From an uncultured Nitrososphaeraceae archaeon (GTDB taxonomy: Archaea; Thermoproteota; Nitrososphaeria; Nitrososphaerales; Nitrososphaeraceae), in contig CAVSMN010000006.1 of assembly GCA_963729045.1 (NCBI GenBank), positions 1 to 40,921 on the forward strand: a stretch of DNA of 40,921 bases, read 5' to 3'. This document shows positions 21,295 to 32,255 of the stretch, one piece after another; position 1 is the stretch's first letter; every line of letters starts with the position of its first letter. The notes under the pieces are model-generated. The model was not told where the DNA came from and searched no databases. It was given only the letters and a program-made list of their open reading frames with translations. A program made the position numbers and the translations under genes.

Positions 21295-22797
21295 AGTAGT
21301 ATTCAACTCCGGTACCTAACTCGAATGGATCCTTTGGATTAGCGGGTTTGCCAAACATTGCGGACTTTATCATGTTGTACAAGAACAGGGCATAAGATGC
21401 GCCTATTGCCCAACCTCCAAAACTAGCTATTTGGTTCATAATAATTAGCTCAGGTATTGGCAGGTAGTCCACAACTCTTCTAGGCAATCCATATAGTCCT
21501 AGAATATGTTGTATACCAAATATTACAGCAATTCCGACAAACGTCATTACGAAATGTATTTTCGCCAATCTAGTATCATACATTCTACCTGTTATCAACG
21601 GGAACAGATAGTAGATGAAACCAGTGAACGCCAACGATATGGTTCCCATTACGAACAAGTGGAAATGCCCGACAACCCAATAGCTATCGTGAGTCAAAAA
21701 GTCTAGTGGCATTGCGGTATTTACTACACCTCCAGCTCCCGCAGAGAAGAATAGCAATATGGCTCCTACTGAAAACAGCATAGGCGCGGCAAATTTAATT
21801 CTCCCGCCCCACATAGTAGCCAAGAAGTTAAAGACGTGCATAGCTGATGATGGTACTGCAGCCAAAGTCCCCACCATGAAAACAGTCTTTTCGGTAAAAC
21901 TCATACCGACTGCGAACATGTGGTGCGCCCATGAACCAAAACCTATAATCGATATAACTATTAGCGCCACAACACCAGAATAGTAGCTAAATAGAGGCTT
22001 CCTTGAGAAGGTAGGAATTACCTCATACATCATACCAATCGCAGGAAGCACAAATATGTAGACTTCCGGATGGAATGTGAACCAGAACAAATGTTGGTAC
22101 GCTATAGGATCTCCACCCATTTCAGGATTAAAGAATCCAGTTACTCCCAACCTGTCTGTATAGAGCATTACCAATGATGCTGCAAATGTAGGAATTGCTA
22201 CAATAATCATTAGTGAAGTCGCCAAGGTTGCCCAAGCTAAACAAGGGACATCTTCATCAACGGTAGGTCTGGATGCTTCATTTTTAATATAGTAACAGTG
22301 AAATTAATAGCACCTAGTACAGAAGACAATCCCAGCAACTTTAATCCAACTATCCACATATCCGCTGCTGGACCTGGAGCTTTTAATATAGAATATGGTG
22401 GATAAGCATTCCAAGTAGTATCAGAAAATCCTCCCCAAACCAAGAACATACACGGTGGAATCATCCAAAATGCAACAGCATTAAGTTTTGGCCATGCCAT
22501 ATCTTTGTATCTAACCATAATTGGAATTAGATAATTACCAACCCCAGAAGCAAATGGGATCAGCCACAAAAACAATAAAGTTGTTCCATGGACCGTGAAA
22601 AATCTTGCAAAATCTGCTTGGCCAGAGAATATTTGTATTCCAGGCAAAAATAATTCGGCCCTGATCGCCATAGCTAGAGCGCCTCCAGCAAATAGTGCCG
22701 TCATTGAGGCTATAATATACAATAACCCGATATCAGTATGATGGGTAGAAAATATGATCTCCCATATGGGTCGAGGTTTTTTTAATTCTAGAACCAT
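21263..22797 (-). CDS. coxA: Heme-copper oxidase subunit I (A-type), split by a frameshift near 22240
   Basis: HHTDIG, FTVHG, DMAWPKLN in the N-part; WFTFHPEVY, WAHHMF, VVGHFH in the C-part. Removing two T's restores KMPLLAWATLATSL. Confidence 0.95.
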
Positions 22798-22841
22798 TTT
22801 CTTACAATAACACCCCTATATCCAATAAAATTGGAACGAGT

Positions 22842-22849
22842 CTATAAAA
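22842..22849 (-). promoter_or_regulatory. TATA-box-like element (TTTTATAG) upstream of coxA, with SD-like GGGGTG at 22811-22816
   Basis: Archaeal promoter-like motif in the 195-bp coxB-coxA gap. Confidence 0.4.
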
Positions 22850-22992
22850 GCATTTGGATCCCCCTTTGTTACAAAATATTCTAAAATATATAAAAAAGTC
22901 TCAATAACCAGAAATATCTAAAATAATTATCATTTTTATTGTAAGATCTATATCTATTTGTTCTTAAAAAAGTACAAGATAAAAAAATGTAG

Positions 22993-23947
22993 TTATTGTA
23001 CCGTGAGTGTTCCGGTCATAAAGGGATGTACAGTACAATGGAAAGGATGATCTCCTGCTTCTAAGGTGGCGGTATCTATTTGGGCTGTTGCTGCAGGCAT
23101 CATAATGCTGGTATCAAACAATTTTCCAGCATCAGCATCGCCAGGACTAGCTCCATTGGTTACAGTGTGCGGTGCAGTATCATCATTGGTTACGGTAATT
23201 ACATCTCCTTTCTTAACTGTTAGTGTGTCTGGAGCATAAGATGGATTTCCGGCAGTTGCAGCACCTGCAGGGATAGACAATGCTGGACCAGAGGCTGCAG
23301 CTGTTGAGGAAGCATTTCCAGAGGAAGTGCCGTTGCTACTTGTTGCATTAGTGGCAGCCGTAGAATCGTTTGCAGCTGTTTGGGTCATATTTCCTGGTTC
23401 AACTACTCTCATCGTTCCGCTTCCAGTAGACCCTACTTCGCCTCCACCTGGTGCAATTACTGTAGCAGTTCCAGTGCCTTGAGATATCGTCGGGTTAGAT
23501 TCACTTGTAATAGCAGTAGCATTATCGGTATTGGGTTCAACAAATAATCTTGCCCTCATATCTTGATGAAGCATACCACAATATTCTCTGCATTCAATTA
23601 GGTATTCGCCTGTTTCGTCGAATACATTCCACATTGTATTAACTCTCCCAGGAACAGCATCCATGAGCATAGCAAAATCAGGGATGCTAAAACTATGAAC
23701 GACATCATTTGAAACTATCTCGAACCTGTAAGGTATTCCCTCCTTTACGTGAAGTTCGTTTATTTCTTGAGTGCCATCAGCATGTTCAAACGACCAAAAC
23801 CATTGCTGACCTACTACTCGTACAGTTTCTGAGTTAGGCGGAGCATACTCCAAGGTATGTTCAATATTCCAAGATTCCGCCCCCACCCAAATAAGGATCG
23901 CAGTGACGGCGCCTATATACACCCATTCCGGAGGTACTGTGCCCCAC
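22993..23947 (-). CDS. coxB: Heme-copper oxidase subunit II (CuA) fused to a C-terminal blue-copper domain; probable GTG start at 23947 with one extra base near 23932
   Basis: GQQWFW, DVVHSF, DAVPG, CuA motif ECREYCGMLHQDM, T/A/S/G linker, then HTV...HCTVHPFM. Upstream reads GTG GGG CAC AGT ACC (T) CCG GAA TGG = MGHST-PEWVYIG. Confidence 0.93.
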
Positions 23948-24222
23948 TAAATTTTACCTCCAGCTTTATCAATATTCTTGAAACGGGGATTAGACTCCCT
24001 AAACCTCCAAGAAATATAAACATTCAAACCCTGAACTACAGCCCCAACAATAAAAGCTGCAACCATCATTCTATAAAATAGACCCCAGATTTCAACTCTA
24101 CGGATTACAGTCTCACCACCCTCAGCAGCATAAACTATTTGCAGTATACTTTGTATACCTATTACAGCCATAGAACTAAATATGAAAATCAACAATATCT
24201 TGTTAACAGAGGAAAAAGCCAT
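23947..24222 (-). CDS. Small membrane protein leading the cox cluster; resembles the first TM segment of oxidase subunit II
   Basis: Signal-like helix plus TM ...AAFIVGAVVQGLNVYISWRFR; its stop overlaps the proposed coxB start by 1 bp. Confidence 0.8.
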   Translation of the reverse strand: MAFSSVNKILLIFIFSSMAVIGIQSILQIVYAAEGGETVIRRVEIWGLFYRMMVAAFIVGAVVQGLNVYISWRFRESNPRFKNIDKAGGKI

Positions 24223-24371
24223 ACCTTAATCTCCACTCTCTTTGGATTGGTGAATCTTTCTGCCATTTAAGGTTTTTGCTATATCAATTTGATAAATGTC
24301 AATCACACGATCAAAAAAATAGCAAGAGAAAATAAAATGAAAATAAAATCAATTAACCTTAAATAAAAGTA

Positions 24372-25004
24372 TCAAAATTCAGTGAGAAACCGTTCCATAT
24401 TTAAGATATTAAGACCACATAATGTTAGATTATTTTGATAATTCTTTAATACATTAATAGAGGCATTAGGGACTTGAACACTATATACAGATGAAGGCTT
24501 TATATTCATAGCCAGTGAAATCGCAGCTTTGATAGGATCCAAATGAGAAATCAAGAGTATATTTTCATTTACATGCTTTTCGACGAATTCTTGTAATAAA
24601 TTTCGAATTCTTTCCCTTACAGAACCAAAGGATTCCACTTCAAATTCGAGTAATGAATTTTCGTCATCGTTATCTGAATAAAATTTTGCAAACAAATCAC
24701 CATGAGTGGATAAAACATCATCATAATAAAGCCCAACTAATTTTCCCAGTTCGATTTCAAATAATCTTTCATCTAATTCGTAATCCAGTCCTAGTGTATC
24801 TGATGCAATTTCTGCAGTTTCTCTAGTCCTGATTACGGGACTAGAATAAATTTTGTGAATTGGAATTGTCTTTAATAATTCGCTGCTTTGTTTTACCTGT
24901 TTTCGACCTAATTCGGTCAAATGAGATTCAAGGTTTCTTCCAACTAACAGTCTTTTGACATTGTTATAGGCTTGACCATGCCTCATGAAAATAATAAGTG
25001 ACAT
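24372..25004 (-). CDS. Histidine phosphatase (phosphoglycerate mutase family)
   Basis: FMRHGQA, YSSPVIRT, LFEIELG, ISH. Confidence 0.93.
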   Translation of the reverse strand: MSLIIFMRHGQAYNNVKRLLVGRNLESHLTELGRKQVKQSSELLKTIPIHKIYSSPVIRTRETAEIASDTLGLDYELDERLFEIELGKLVGLYYDDVLSTHGDLFAKFYSDNDDENSLLEFEVESFGSVRERIRNLLQEFVEKHVNENILLISHLDPIKAAISLAMNIKPSSVYSVQVPNASINVLKNYQNNLTLCGLNILNMERFLTEF

Positions 25005-25468
25005 AATTTACTTAAAATATATTAAAAATTATTTCAATATTAAACTATTCATAAATATTTCAACAATTGTAATTGTGTGACGTGAGTAATCATTTCTTTA
25101 GAAGATTCTTTGGATACATTCTTTAAAGACACATAGCAAAGGACGAGATATAGGATTTCTTGTCAAGGAAAGTTAAATATACAAATCGGTCAATTTAGAA
25201 TTCAAATTGATTCAATGATAGAATGATTGATTGTATATTAATCTAATAGCAAGATGATTGAATAGAGGATGGATAAATATAGACAAATAATGCTAGAATC
25301 AGCTACAAGATGCTCGACTCTGGGTTTTTTCACAGACTAAATTTCTTCCACATTCTAAGAAAAAGACATCTAAATATATTAATATGATTTAATCCCAGAG
25401 ATCGAACCCATCGATATCTTCTCCAAACGTGCTTTAATATATTAGAACTTGATATCTAACACATTAAT

Positions 25469-26146
25469 ATGAAAGTTGGAATCATTGGAGGAACTGGTGG
25501 TATGGGCGAAGGGTTTGCCTTAAGATGGTGTGCTAACCATGAAATCATACTGGGCTCACGAGATAAACAAAAAGCTCAAACTGTTTCGGAAAATCATATG
25601 AAAAATATAAAAAATAGCAAACATGTTGATAAAATCAAAGGAACTATCAGAGGCAGCGATAACCTCTCCGTAGCAAAAGAGAGCGACATACTAATACTTT
25701 CCATTCCTTATGAAAATATCCAAAGTACATGTATGGAAATAGCAAACATTATTGATGACAATTGTATCGTAGTATCACCGATAGTTCCTATGGGTAGGAA
25801 TCAGGATGGATTTTATTACATTCCCTTTCAAGAAGGAAAAAAATCGGCTGGGACTTTGGTTGCCGAAAATTTACCAAAATGTAATAAAATAGTTTCAGCT
25901 TTTCATACAATCTCTGAAATAAAACTTAAAGATATAGAAGCCACACTTGATGCCGACACTTTTATTTGCACGGATAACAAAGAATCCCTAGCAAAGATCT
26001 CGGATCTAGTGTCAGAAATAAATGGTCTTAGGTCGATTTATTTGGGCCCACTTTCATTATCTTATCAAGCAGAAGTCATGACTCCAATGTTACTTAATGC
26101 TTCGAAGCAGAATAAGATAAAACATCCAGGGATAAAGCTGGTATAA
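25469..26146 (+). CDS. npdG: NADPH-dependent F420 reductase
   Basis: MKVGIIGGTGGMGEGFALR, GSRD..KA, VSPIVP, VSAFHTIS. Confidence 0.92.
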   Translation: MKVGIIGGTGGMGEGFALRWCANHEIILGSRDKQKAQTVSENHMKNIKNSKHVDKIKGTIRGSDNLSVAKESDILILSIPYENIQSTCMEIANIIDDNCIVVSPIVPMGRNQDGFYYIPFQEGKKSAGTLVAENLPKCNKIVSAFHTISEIKLKDIEATLDADTFICTDNKESLAKISDLVSEINGLRSIYLGPLSLSYQAEVMTPMLLNASKQNKIKHPGIKLV

Positions 26147-26176
26147 ACATTAATTTTTCATATAATAGAGCATAAA

Positions 26177-26440
26177 ATGGACTTTGATAAGATAGATAAG
26201 AGAATAAGAGATAGACGTAAAGAATGGATGTTCCCGCTTGGAATACTGTTCATAATAATGGCAACCATCATATTAATAAGAAATCTTATTCTCATATCAA
26301 CAGAATTAGGGCCAGAATTTTTTGTTGATAATTTTTTCAACTCTGAAATAACTAATGAAAAATTTACGGTAGCAATGTACGCTATAGGTCTAGTCCTTGT
26401 TTACTTTGGGAGGAGAAAGAGGCAGGATAAATTTCTATGA
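26177..26440 (+). CDS. Small two-TM hypothetical membrane protein
   Basis: Two hydrophobic helices flanked by basic residues; co-oriented with npdG. Confidence 0.7.
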   Translation: MDFDKIDKRIRDRRKEWMFPLGILFIIMATIILIRNLILISTELGPEFFVDNFFNSEITNEKFTVAMYAIGLVLVYFGRRKRQDKFL

Positions 26441-26481
26441 ATTGAAATACAAATTCATTAACGGCACAAACGACAACTACA

Positions 26482-27669
26482 TCATACCGATTTTTTTGTG
26501 ATAAACGTTTGTATTTTATCCATAGATTTTTCCAATATTTCCTCTTGTGGTAGATATACAATTCTAAAATGGCCAGTTCCTGAGCTTCCAAATCCCGACC
26601 CATGGACTGTTAAAACGCCAGTGGAATTTAGCAAATCAATTACAAATTCTAAATCATTTTTCCATCTATTGCTCAATTCAATTTTCGGGAACATATAGAA
26701 GGCACCTTTTGGTTTGGTGCATTCTAAATCATCGATCTCATTAAGTCTTTTGTATACCAAATCTCTCCTTTTCTTTAATTTTTGTACCATAATGGGCAAA
26801 TGTTCCTGTGACCCGTGTAAAGCAGCATTTGCAGCAATTTGAACTGGAAAGTTGGATGCGATTCTAACACGTGCAAGTTTAAAAATATTTTGCCTTAATG
26901 GATCGAGTTGTCTGGAATTGTTATTCATGCATACATATCCACACCGTAATCCAGTCATCAAATAAGTCTTGGAAAATCCATTGAGTAGTATAACTGGGGC
27001 GTCTCTTGAAACACTCCCAATCCCCCTAAATTCTTCATCAAAAACAATTTCATCGTAAATTTCATCACAAATGATATACAAGTTATTTTCGGCAGCTATA
27101 TCTATTAAGGATTTTAGACTTTTATGGCTGAAAACCTCACCAGTAGGGTTATTAGGATTTATGATACAGATAGCTTTTGATCTTGATGAAATTTTATTTT
27201 TTATATCATCCAGATTAGGTGTACCGTCCTCATGTATCTCAAACTCAGTTATGCTGCCACCATAAAATTTTGCATAAGAAGAATATGGAGGGTAATAAGG
27301 CCCAGGCAACAAAACCTGGTCGCCATCTTCAACAATGGAACCCATAACCATATCCAATCCCTCAGATACTCCATTTGTAACCAAAACATCCTCAGGGGTC
27401 AAGTCCAGACCTTTTTTCCCTTTTTCCTTCCCCACTATAGATCGTCTAAGTTCATTCCAGCCCTCAGAATCAGTATAATAGTCATTATCACTAGCAAGTG
27501 CATCTACTAGGGCATTCTTAATATGCAAAGGAGTCTTAAAATCAAAAGCCACAGGATCACCTATGTTTAAATACATAATTTCTTTTCCAGTTTTTTGATA
27601 TTCTCTAGCATGTAACATAACATCTCGAATTGCATATTCAACTCGACTAATCCTATCTGATACTTTCAT
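26482..27669 (-). CDS. PLP-dependent aminotransferase class I/II (alanine/aspartate aminotransferase-like)
   Basis: LNIGDP, TNGVSEG, INPNNPTG, DEIY, GFSKTYLMTGLRCG. Confidence 0.94.
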   Translation of the reverse strand: MKVSDRISRVEYAIRDVMLHAREYQKTGKEIMYLNIGDPVAFDFKTPLHIKNALVDALASDNDYYTDSEGWNELRRSIVGKEKGKKGLDLTPEDVLVTNGVSEGLDMVMGSIVEDGDQVLLPGPYYPPYSSYAKFYGGSITEFEIHEDGTPNLDDIKNKISSRSKAICIINPNNPTGEVFSHKSLKSLIDIAAENNLYIICDEIYDEIVFDEEFRGIGSVSRDAPVILLNGFSKTYLMTGLRCGYVCMNNNSRQLDPLRQNIFKLARVRIASNFPVQIAANAALHGSQEHLPIMVQKLKKRRDLVYKRLNEIDDLECTKPKGAFYMFPKIELSNRWKNDLEFVIDLLNSTGVLTVHGSGFGSSGTGHFRIVYLPQEEILEKSMDKIQTFITKKSV

Positions 27670-27989
27670 AAACGATCTAGTTCCAATATTATCTTTGACT
27701 GAATTAATATTTGTATTTTATTAAAATTAATTATAAGTTTCATAATTCAGTTTACTGATTAGTATAGTTAAATGAAGGGTCAGAGTAGGCCAGATTTAAT
27801 CAGGCATCCAAATAGGTAATCACCATAATTAATGCATTGTTTTCTTCACTTGGCAAAGAAAATTTAGCAAAAGGATAACAGTAATTTTAATGTATTAAAG
27901 CACCTTTTGAAGCATTAAGCAAAATTCTCTGGCATATGAAGTTGAACGGAATGGACAAGATTTACGTCAAAGAATAGAATGGATGACTG

Positions 27990-28280
27990 CTAAGGATTCA
28001 GAAACTTTTTCTTTTCAAATTGAATATAAACCTCAATCAGAAAAGAGTATATTTTTTCTATCACAGTAGGATCAAAATCCAATTCTCGTGAATAGTTTGT
28101 AACTTTGTCAATAATGTCATCCACCCTTTTTTTGTCCTCTACGTTGCGATAATCACTCTTGAATCTCGCGGCTTGCTGTACATATTTACCTCGTCTGACT
28201 AATAATGAAACTATTTCCATGTCTATTGAATCAATATTTTTCCTAATTTCATCTAAAGAAGAACAATCAACCACATCCAA
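27990..28280 (-). CDS. AroQ-fold chorismate mutase / isochorismate pyruvate-lyase (PchB-like)
   Basis: CSSLDEIRKNIDSID...LLVRR..YVQQAARFK...RV. Confidence 0.85.
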   Translation of the reverse strand: MDVVDCSSLDEIRKNIDSIDMEIVSLLVRRGKYVQQAARFKSDYRNVEDKKRVDDIIDKVTNYSRELDFDPTVIEKIYSFLIEVYIQFEKKKFLNP

Positions 28281-28380
28281 TTTGATTATTTATAAGCAGA
28301 ACTAAATTTAAAGAATTAAAATGGATATCTAAATCCAAGGTAATAGATATGAATATAAACATTGTTATCATTAGTATAAT

Positions 28381-28572
28381 ATGATTAATGTAAATACGGT
28401 TAAACGTATGATCATGAAATGTATTTACGAGGAAAATACAAACGATAAAATTAAATTATTTATTAAGATAAACAAAATTCTACCACGGGATTTAAAGATA
28501 GAATCACCCACAATGATAACTAAGGATTTTATAGATAAGAGATTGTATAATTTAGCGGCCAATCTGGAATAG
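28381..28572 (+). CDS. Hypothetical protein (63 aa)
   Basis: ATG-led ORF with protein-like composition and a TATA-like ATATAAA about 25 bp upstream. Confidence 0.55.
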   Translation: MINVNTVKRMIMKCIYEENTNDKIKLFIKINKILPRDLKIESPTMITKDFIDKRLYNLAANLE

Positions 28573-29032
28573 GAAATAACTATCAAGTTATTAAGACCCA
28601 AACAATTTCGTTTAGTGATACTGATTTCATAGCATATAAAAAAAATGATTGCATCATCAATTCAATTTTTTCCCTTAGGAAAGTTTTAGAATTTAATGGT
28701 AGAGTCAAAAGTTAAAAAATTGGTCAAACATGAGAAGAGGAAGGGGATGAGCTACAATGCTGTTGTTAATCTATGATTAAAGGATCCGTATAGTATCTTT
28801 TTGTATTAATTCAATATACCATGCATTAGGTGCAAGGTATTTTTTACATTTTGACATGGTTCTAGGAGTGGATAACTACCCAGTTTAAGATTTTCTTGAT
28901 TTGAAAAAGACAGGAAGATGAAATCAACTGTTTGGTAAAAATGTAGTAATACATTGAAAAACTAAAATAATTAAATTGGCCAAATTTGGACCTAGCGTGA
29001 TTATTTAAATAACGTAAACCACAAATTCTGTT

Positions 29033-30271
29033 GTGGAAATACCGATTGAACAAATTTTACAAGATTTTGCAGTTATAATGATAATTGCCTCTGTAATGAC
29101 TTTGATTTTTTACAGACTAAAACAACCTGTAGTTATTGGTTTTATTGTTGCAGGTATTATCATCGGTCCTTATACTCCACCTTTTAGTCTTATCCATAAT
29201 TCAGATGTCCTTAATTTATTTGCTGAAATGGGTGTAATTTTGTTACTCTTTACAGTGGGCATGGAATTCCCCATACGAAAACTAAGAAGAATAGGCAGAA
29301 AAGCCATCATCATTGCTACCAGCGAAGCCTTCGGAACATTAGCTATAGGATTCTTTACCGCACAGGCACTGGGACTCGGATTCTATGATAGTTTGTTCAT
29401 AGCATTAGCGATATCAGTAACAAGTACAGTCATCGTGATGAGGGTTTTAGGAGAACTTAACATGATGAAAGATGAAGCCGCCACTTTGATACTAGGCACC
29501 GCTATCATAGAGGATATTCTCATTATCTCTTTGTTAGCTATATTCCAATCTGCTGGAGTGAGCGGAGATATTTCTGTCAATGAAGTCATGACATCAATAG
29601 CAATTACTATTGGATTTATTGCAGGAGTACTTATAGTAGGATCAAAAATAGTTCCAAAATTAATAGATGTTGTTGCAAGGACCAATCAACATGATGTATT
29701 AATCGTCGCAGCCGTCGGCGTTGCTTTTGGATTTGCGTTCATATCTTTTCAGTTGGGAATATCAGTAGCAGCTGGAGCATTCTTTGCAGGCGTACTGATT
29801 GCAGAATCAAGGTCACATGCTGTAACTAGTGTTTTAGCTACACCCGTTAAAGACATTTTTGCTGCATTATTTTTTGTCTCTGTTGGAGCATTGATGGACT
29901 TTAAACTTATTCCAATGTTTATAATCCCAGCACTAATCCTAATAGGGGTTTCAATAGGTGCAAAATTCTTAACAGTCTACCTTTCCTCTAGAATACAAGG
30001 CGTGAGTAAGCTATCTTCAACCCGTACTGCTGTAGGATTGTCTTCATCAGGAGGAGAAATCGCATTAGTAGTAGCAAAAGGTGGAATAGATGTTGGCGCT
30101 GCAAGTTCCTTCATATTACCAATGATAGGAACTATGACGATCATCACCACGTTCATTTCACCCTATGTTATTAAATACGGTTGGAAATTTACTGAGAGAT
30201 ATAGAAAAGATCGGGACAATGGTAATGAATTGCCATCATCGGACACTGGAATCAAAACAGATGCTCCTTAA
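29033..30271 (+). CDS. Cation:proton antiporter, CPA2 family
   Basis: GIIIGP, AEMGVILLLFTVGMEF, SVTSTVIV, IIEDI, GAFFAG, FFVSVG; about 12-13 TM helices. Confidence 0.93.
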   Translation: MEIPIEQILQDFAVIMIIASVMTLIFYRLKQPVVIGFIVAGIIIGPYTPPFSLIHNSDVLNLFAEMGVILLLFTVGMEFPIRKLRRIGRKAIIIATSEAFGTLAIGFFTAQALGLGFYDSLFIALAISVTSTVIVMRVLGELNMMKDEAATLILGTAIIEDILIISLLAIFQSAGVSGDISVNEVMTSIAITIGFIAGVLIVGSKIVPKLIDVVARTNQHDVLIVAAVGVAFGFAFISFQLGISVAAGAFFAGVLIAESRSHAVTSVLATPVKDIFAALFFVSVGALMDFKLIPMFIIPALILIGVSIGAKFLTVYLSSRIQGVSKLSSTRTAVGLSSSGGEIALVVAKGGIDVGAASSFILPMIGTMTIITTFISPYVIKYGWKFTERYRKDRDNGNELPSSDTGIKTDAP

Positions 30272-30284
30272 ATATACAACTTAA

Positions 30285-30617
30285 TCAGCAAATAATTTGA
30301 TCGTTTCTATCATAGTGCTGTTTAAGGCATATTGCGAATCCTACATGGCCACAGTCATCAGTATCACAAGTAATACACCAAGGCATGCTTTCTCTGTAAC
30401 AAACTATAACCGAACTAGAAATATTCTTATCAAACAAAATCACATATTTGTTTTCGAAAAAATCTTTCACTATTATTAGACATTCTTTTGAACCTGTTTC
30501 TACCTCCATTAGCCATTTCATAAACTCCATGGTGCCAAAGTCAAGTGTAGACATGGTATGATCGTTATCAATTAGTTGGGACTTTCCAGACAATCTTGTT
30601 TTATCTTTCCTTTCCAA
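30285..30617 (-). CDS. Hypothetical protein with a SWIM-like Zn-binding motif
   Basis: WCITCDTDDCGH (C-x2-C-x4-C-x-H). Confidence 0.7.
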   Translation of the reverse strand: MERKDKTRLSGKSQLIDNDHTMSTLDFGTMEFMKWLMEVETGSKECLIIVKDFFENKYVILFDKNISSSVIVCYRESMPWCITCDTDDCGHVGFAICLKQHYDRNDQIIC

Positions 30618-31057
30618 CCAATTTTAATCAGAAAAGGTATTAAAGGTATCTATGTTTTTCTACATAAAATGTAATTACTCTTATTTAAATAAGACTGCCT
30701 ATTTCCCTAATATCCAACTTAAATTATTTCCAAGTCGTCGAATATTCATATCATTAGATTCATCAGTTCGGATGTAAGGTGCAGAAACAATTCATAATAC
30801 AAGGATCGTTATATTGACTCTTTTAAACAGTACAGCTTAAATTAAATCTCAAAATAGTCAAAACAGAGAAATATCTTTTGTTGGAATGCATGTAGTTTTC
30901 CATATTTTTGAATAACAATATAATAAACAGGCTAATAGATAGTATTTCTAGAGCAGGGGAATACTAATTCAATAATAAGCATCGAAATTCGATTGACGCC
31001 TTGAGTGAATTCATTTAATACTCAAATTTTCTTGACATAGATAGTAAGATAAACAAC

Positions 31058-31465
31058 TTAAGAAGGATGCATATCTGAATTCAATTCATTGAATTTTTTA
31101 CATTCTGGACACTGTAGTACGATATCTAATCCTTTACTATTTGTACTTAAAAGTTGGGCAATCTGATCTGAGTGAATATTTTTTGCAAGAATAAAGTCAC
31201 AATTACCACAGAGATAAGACATCTTTATAGATTGAACGTCTTCATAGTCATCTCCATCGATGTAAGGAGTCTTTAAAGTGGATTGTCTAAATACCGCTTT
31301 TCGATCGCGATGTGGTTCTGGAATAATCGTGCATCTGATGTCAGTCATGATAAAGATATGCTTTTCAAACATATAAATTAGAACTATCTTAATTATATTT
31401 TTATAAATAATCACTTTAAAGTATGTCCATATTTGGTCATAATTAACACAATATGCAATTGACAA
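31058..31465 (-). CDS. Zn-ribbon hypothetical protein (start may be the internal MTDIRC)
   Basis: CGNC...CPEC pair. Confidence 0.65.
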   Translation of the reverse strand: MSIAYCVNYDQIWTYFKVIIYKNIIKIVLIYMFEKHIFIMTDIRCTIIPEPHRDRKAVFRQSTLKTPYIDGDDYEDVQSIKMSYLCGNCDFILAKNIHSDQIAQLLSTNSKGLDIVLQCPECKKFNELNSDMHPS

Positions 31466-31644
31466 AAGTGAGGATCATAATAAACCTCAGGATACATAAT
31501 TAAAGTAAAATACAAGAAATTCTAAATGATAAGATCATCTAAGAAGGTTCAGCCTGTATTGTTTGAGTGAGATTTAGAGAAGGTCATATAAAAAAAGGAA
31601 ATCAAGCAGAAATTTCTTTTTAGAATCATCATTTAAACTACCAA

Positions 31645-31902
31645 CTACTTATGTTGTATTATTTCTAAAGCCAATTTCAATTTAGATATTTCATCTCTTA
31701 GTAAAGCAATCTCACCATCTTCCTTGGCTAATTTCAATAACCTTTCACAGGCTTGGATCTGACCAGAGATCAATTCTACTTTGTCCATACACAAGGCATG
31801 AGAAGATTCAATGAAACGATATGAAACACTTTTCCCCCTTTCATTACACCCGCAAGTTCTTGCTTCTACCAGGTATGGTATTTCATTTTCAATGATATTC
31901 AT
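31645..31902 (-). CDS. Hypothetical protein with a coiled-coil C-terminus
   Basis: Clean 85-aa ATG ORF, CGC motif, heptad-like tail. Confidence 0.7.
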   Translation of the reverse strand: MNIIENEIPYLVEARTCGCNERGKSVSYRFIESSHALCMDKVELISGQIQACERLLKLAKEDGEIALLRDEISKLKLALEIIQHK

Positions 31903-32255
31903 TATCTATAATATCACAATATTGATAACGATTCGTAATTATATAAACATTCAATTGAGTTCAATTTTGAAATATGATACTTTTCCATTTCAAAATTTAC
32001 CAACTATTTTATTGGATAAGACAGTAATTGCAGATATAAGAAAAGGGTTTCTAATTTAATTTGGACCAGAAGAGCCTTGGTCAGAAGTGACAACTGGATA
32101 ACCAGATCACAATTAACGACTTTATCTTCATTATGGAATTTTATTCTTTATAGTCATCAGTTTGAGCCCACTTCATTTCTAAAAACTTATTTTTACCGCA
32201 ATAGTTAATTAGTATTTGTGTATAACCAACGAAACAGATCAAGTGAAATCATAAT

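Noticed and set aside
20958..21319. ORF-track entries 20958..21224(-) and 21065..21319(+)
   Set aside because: Alternative-frame and antisense shadows of the Pro/Ala-rich cupredoxin gene.
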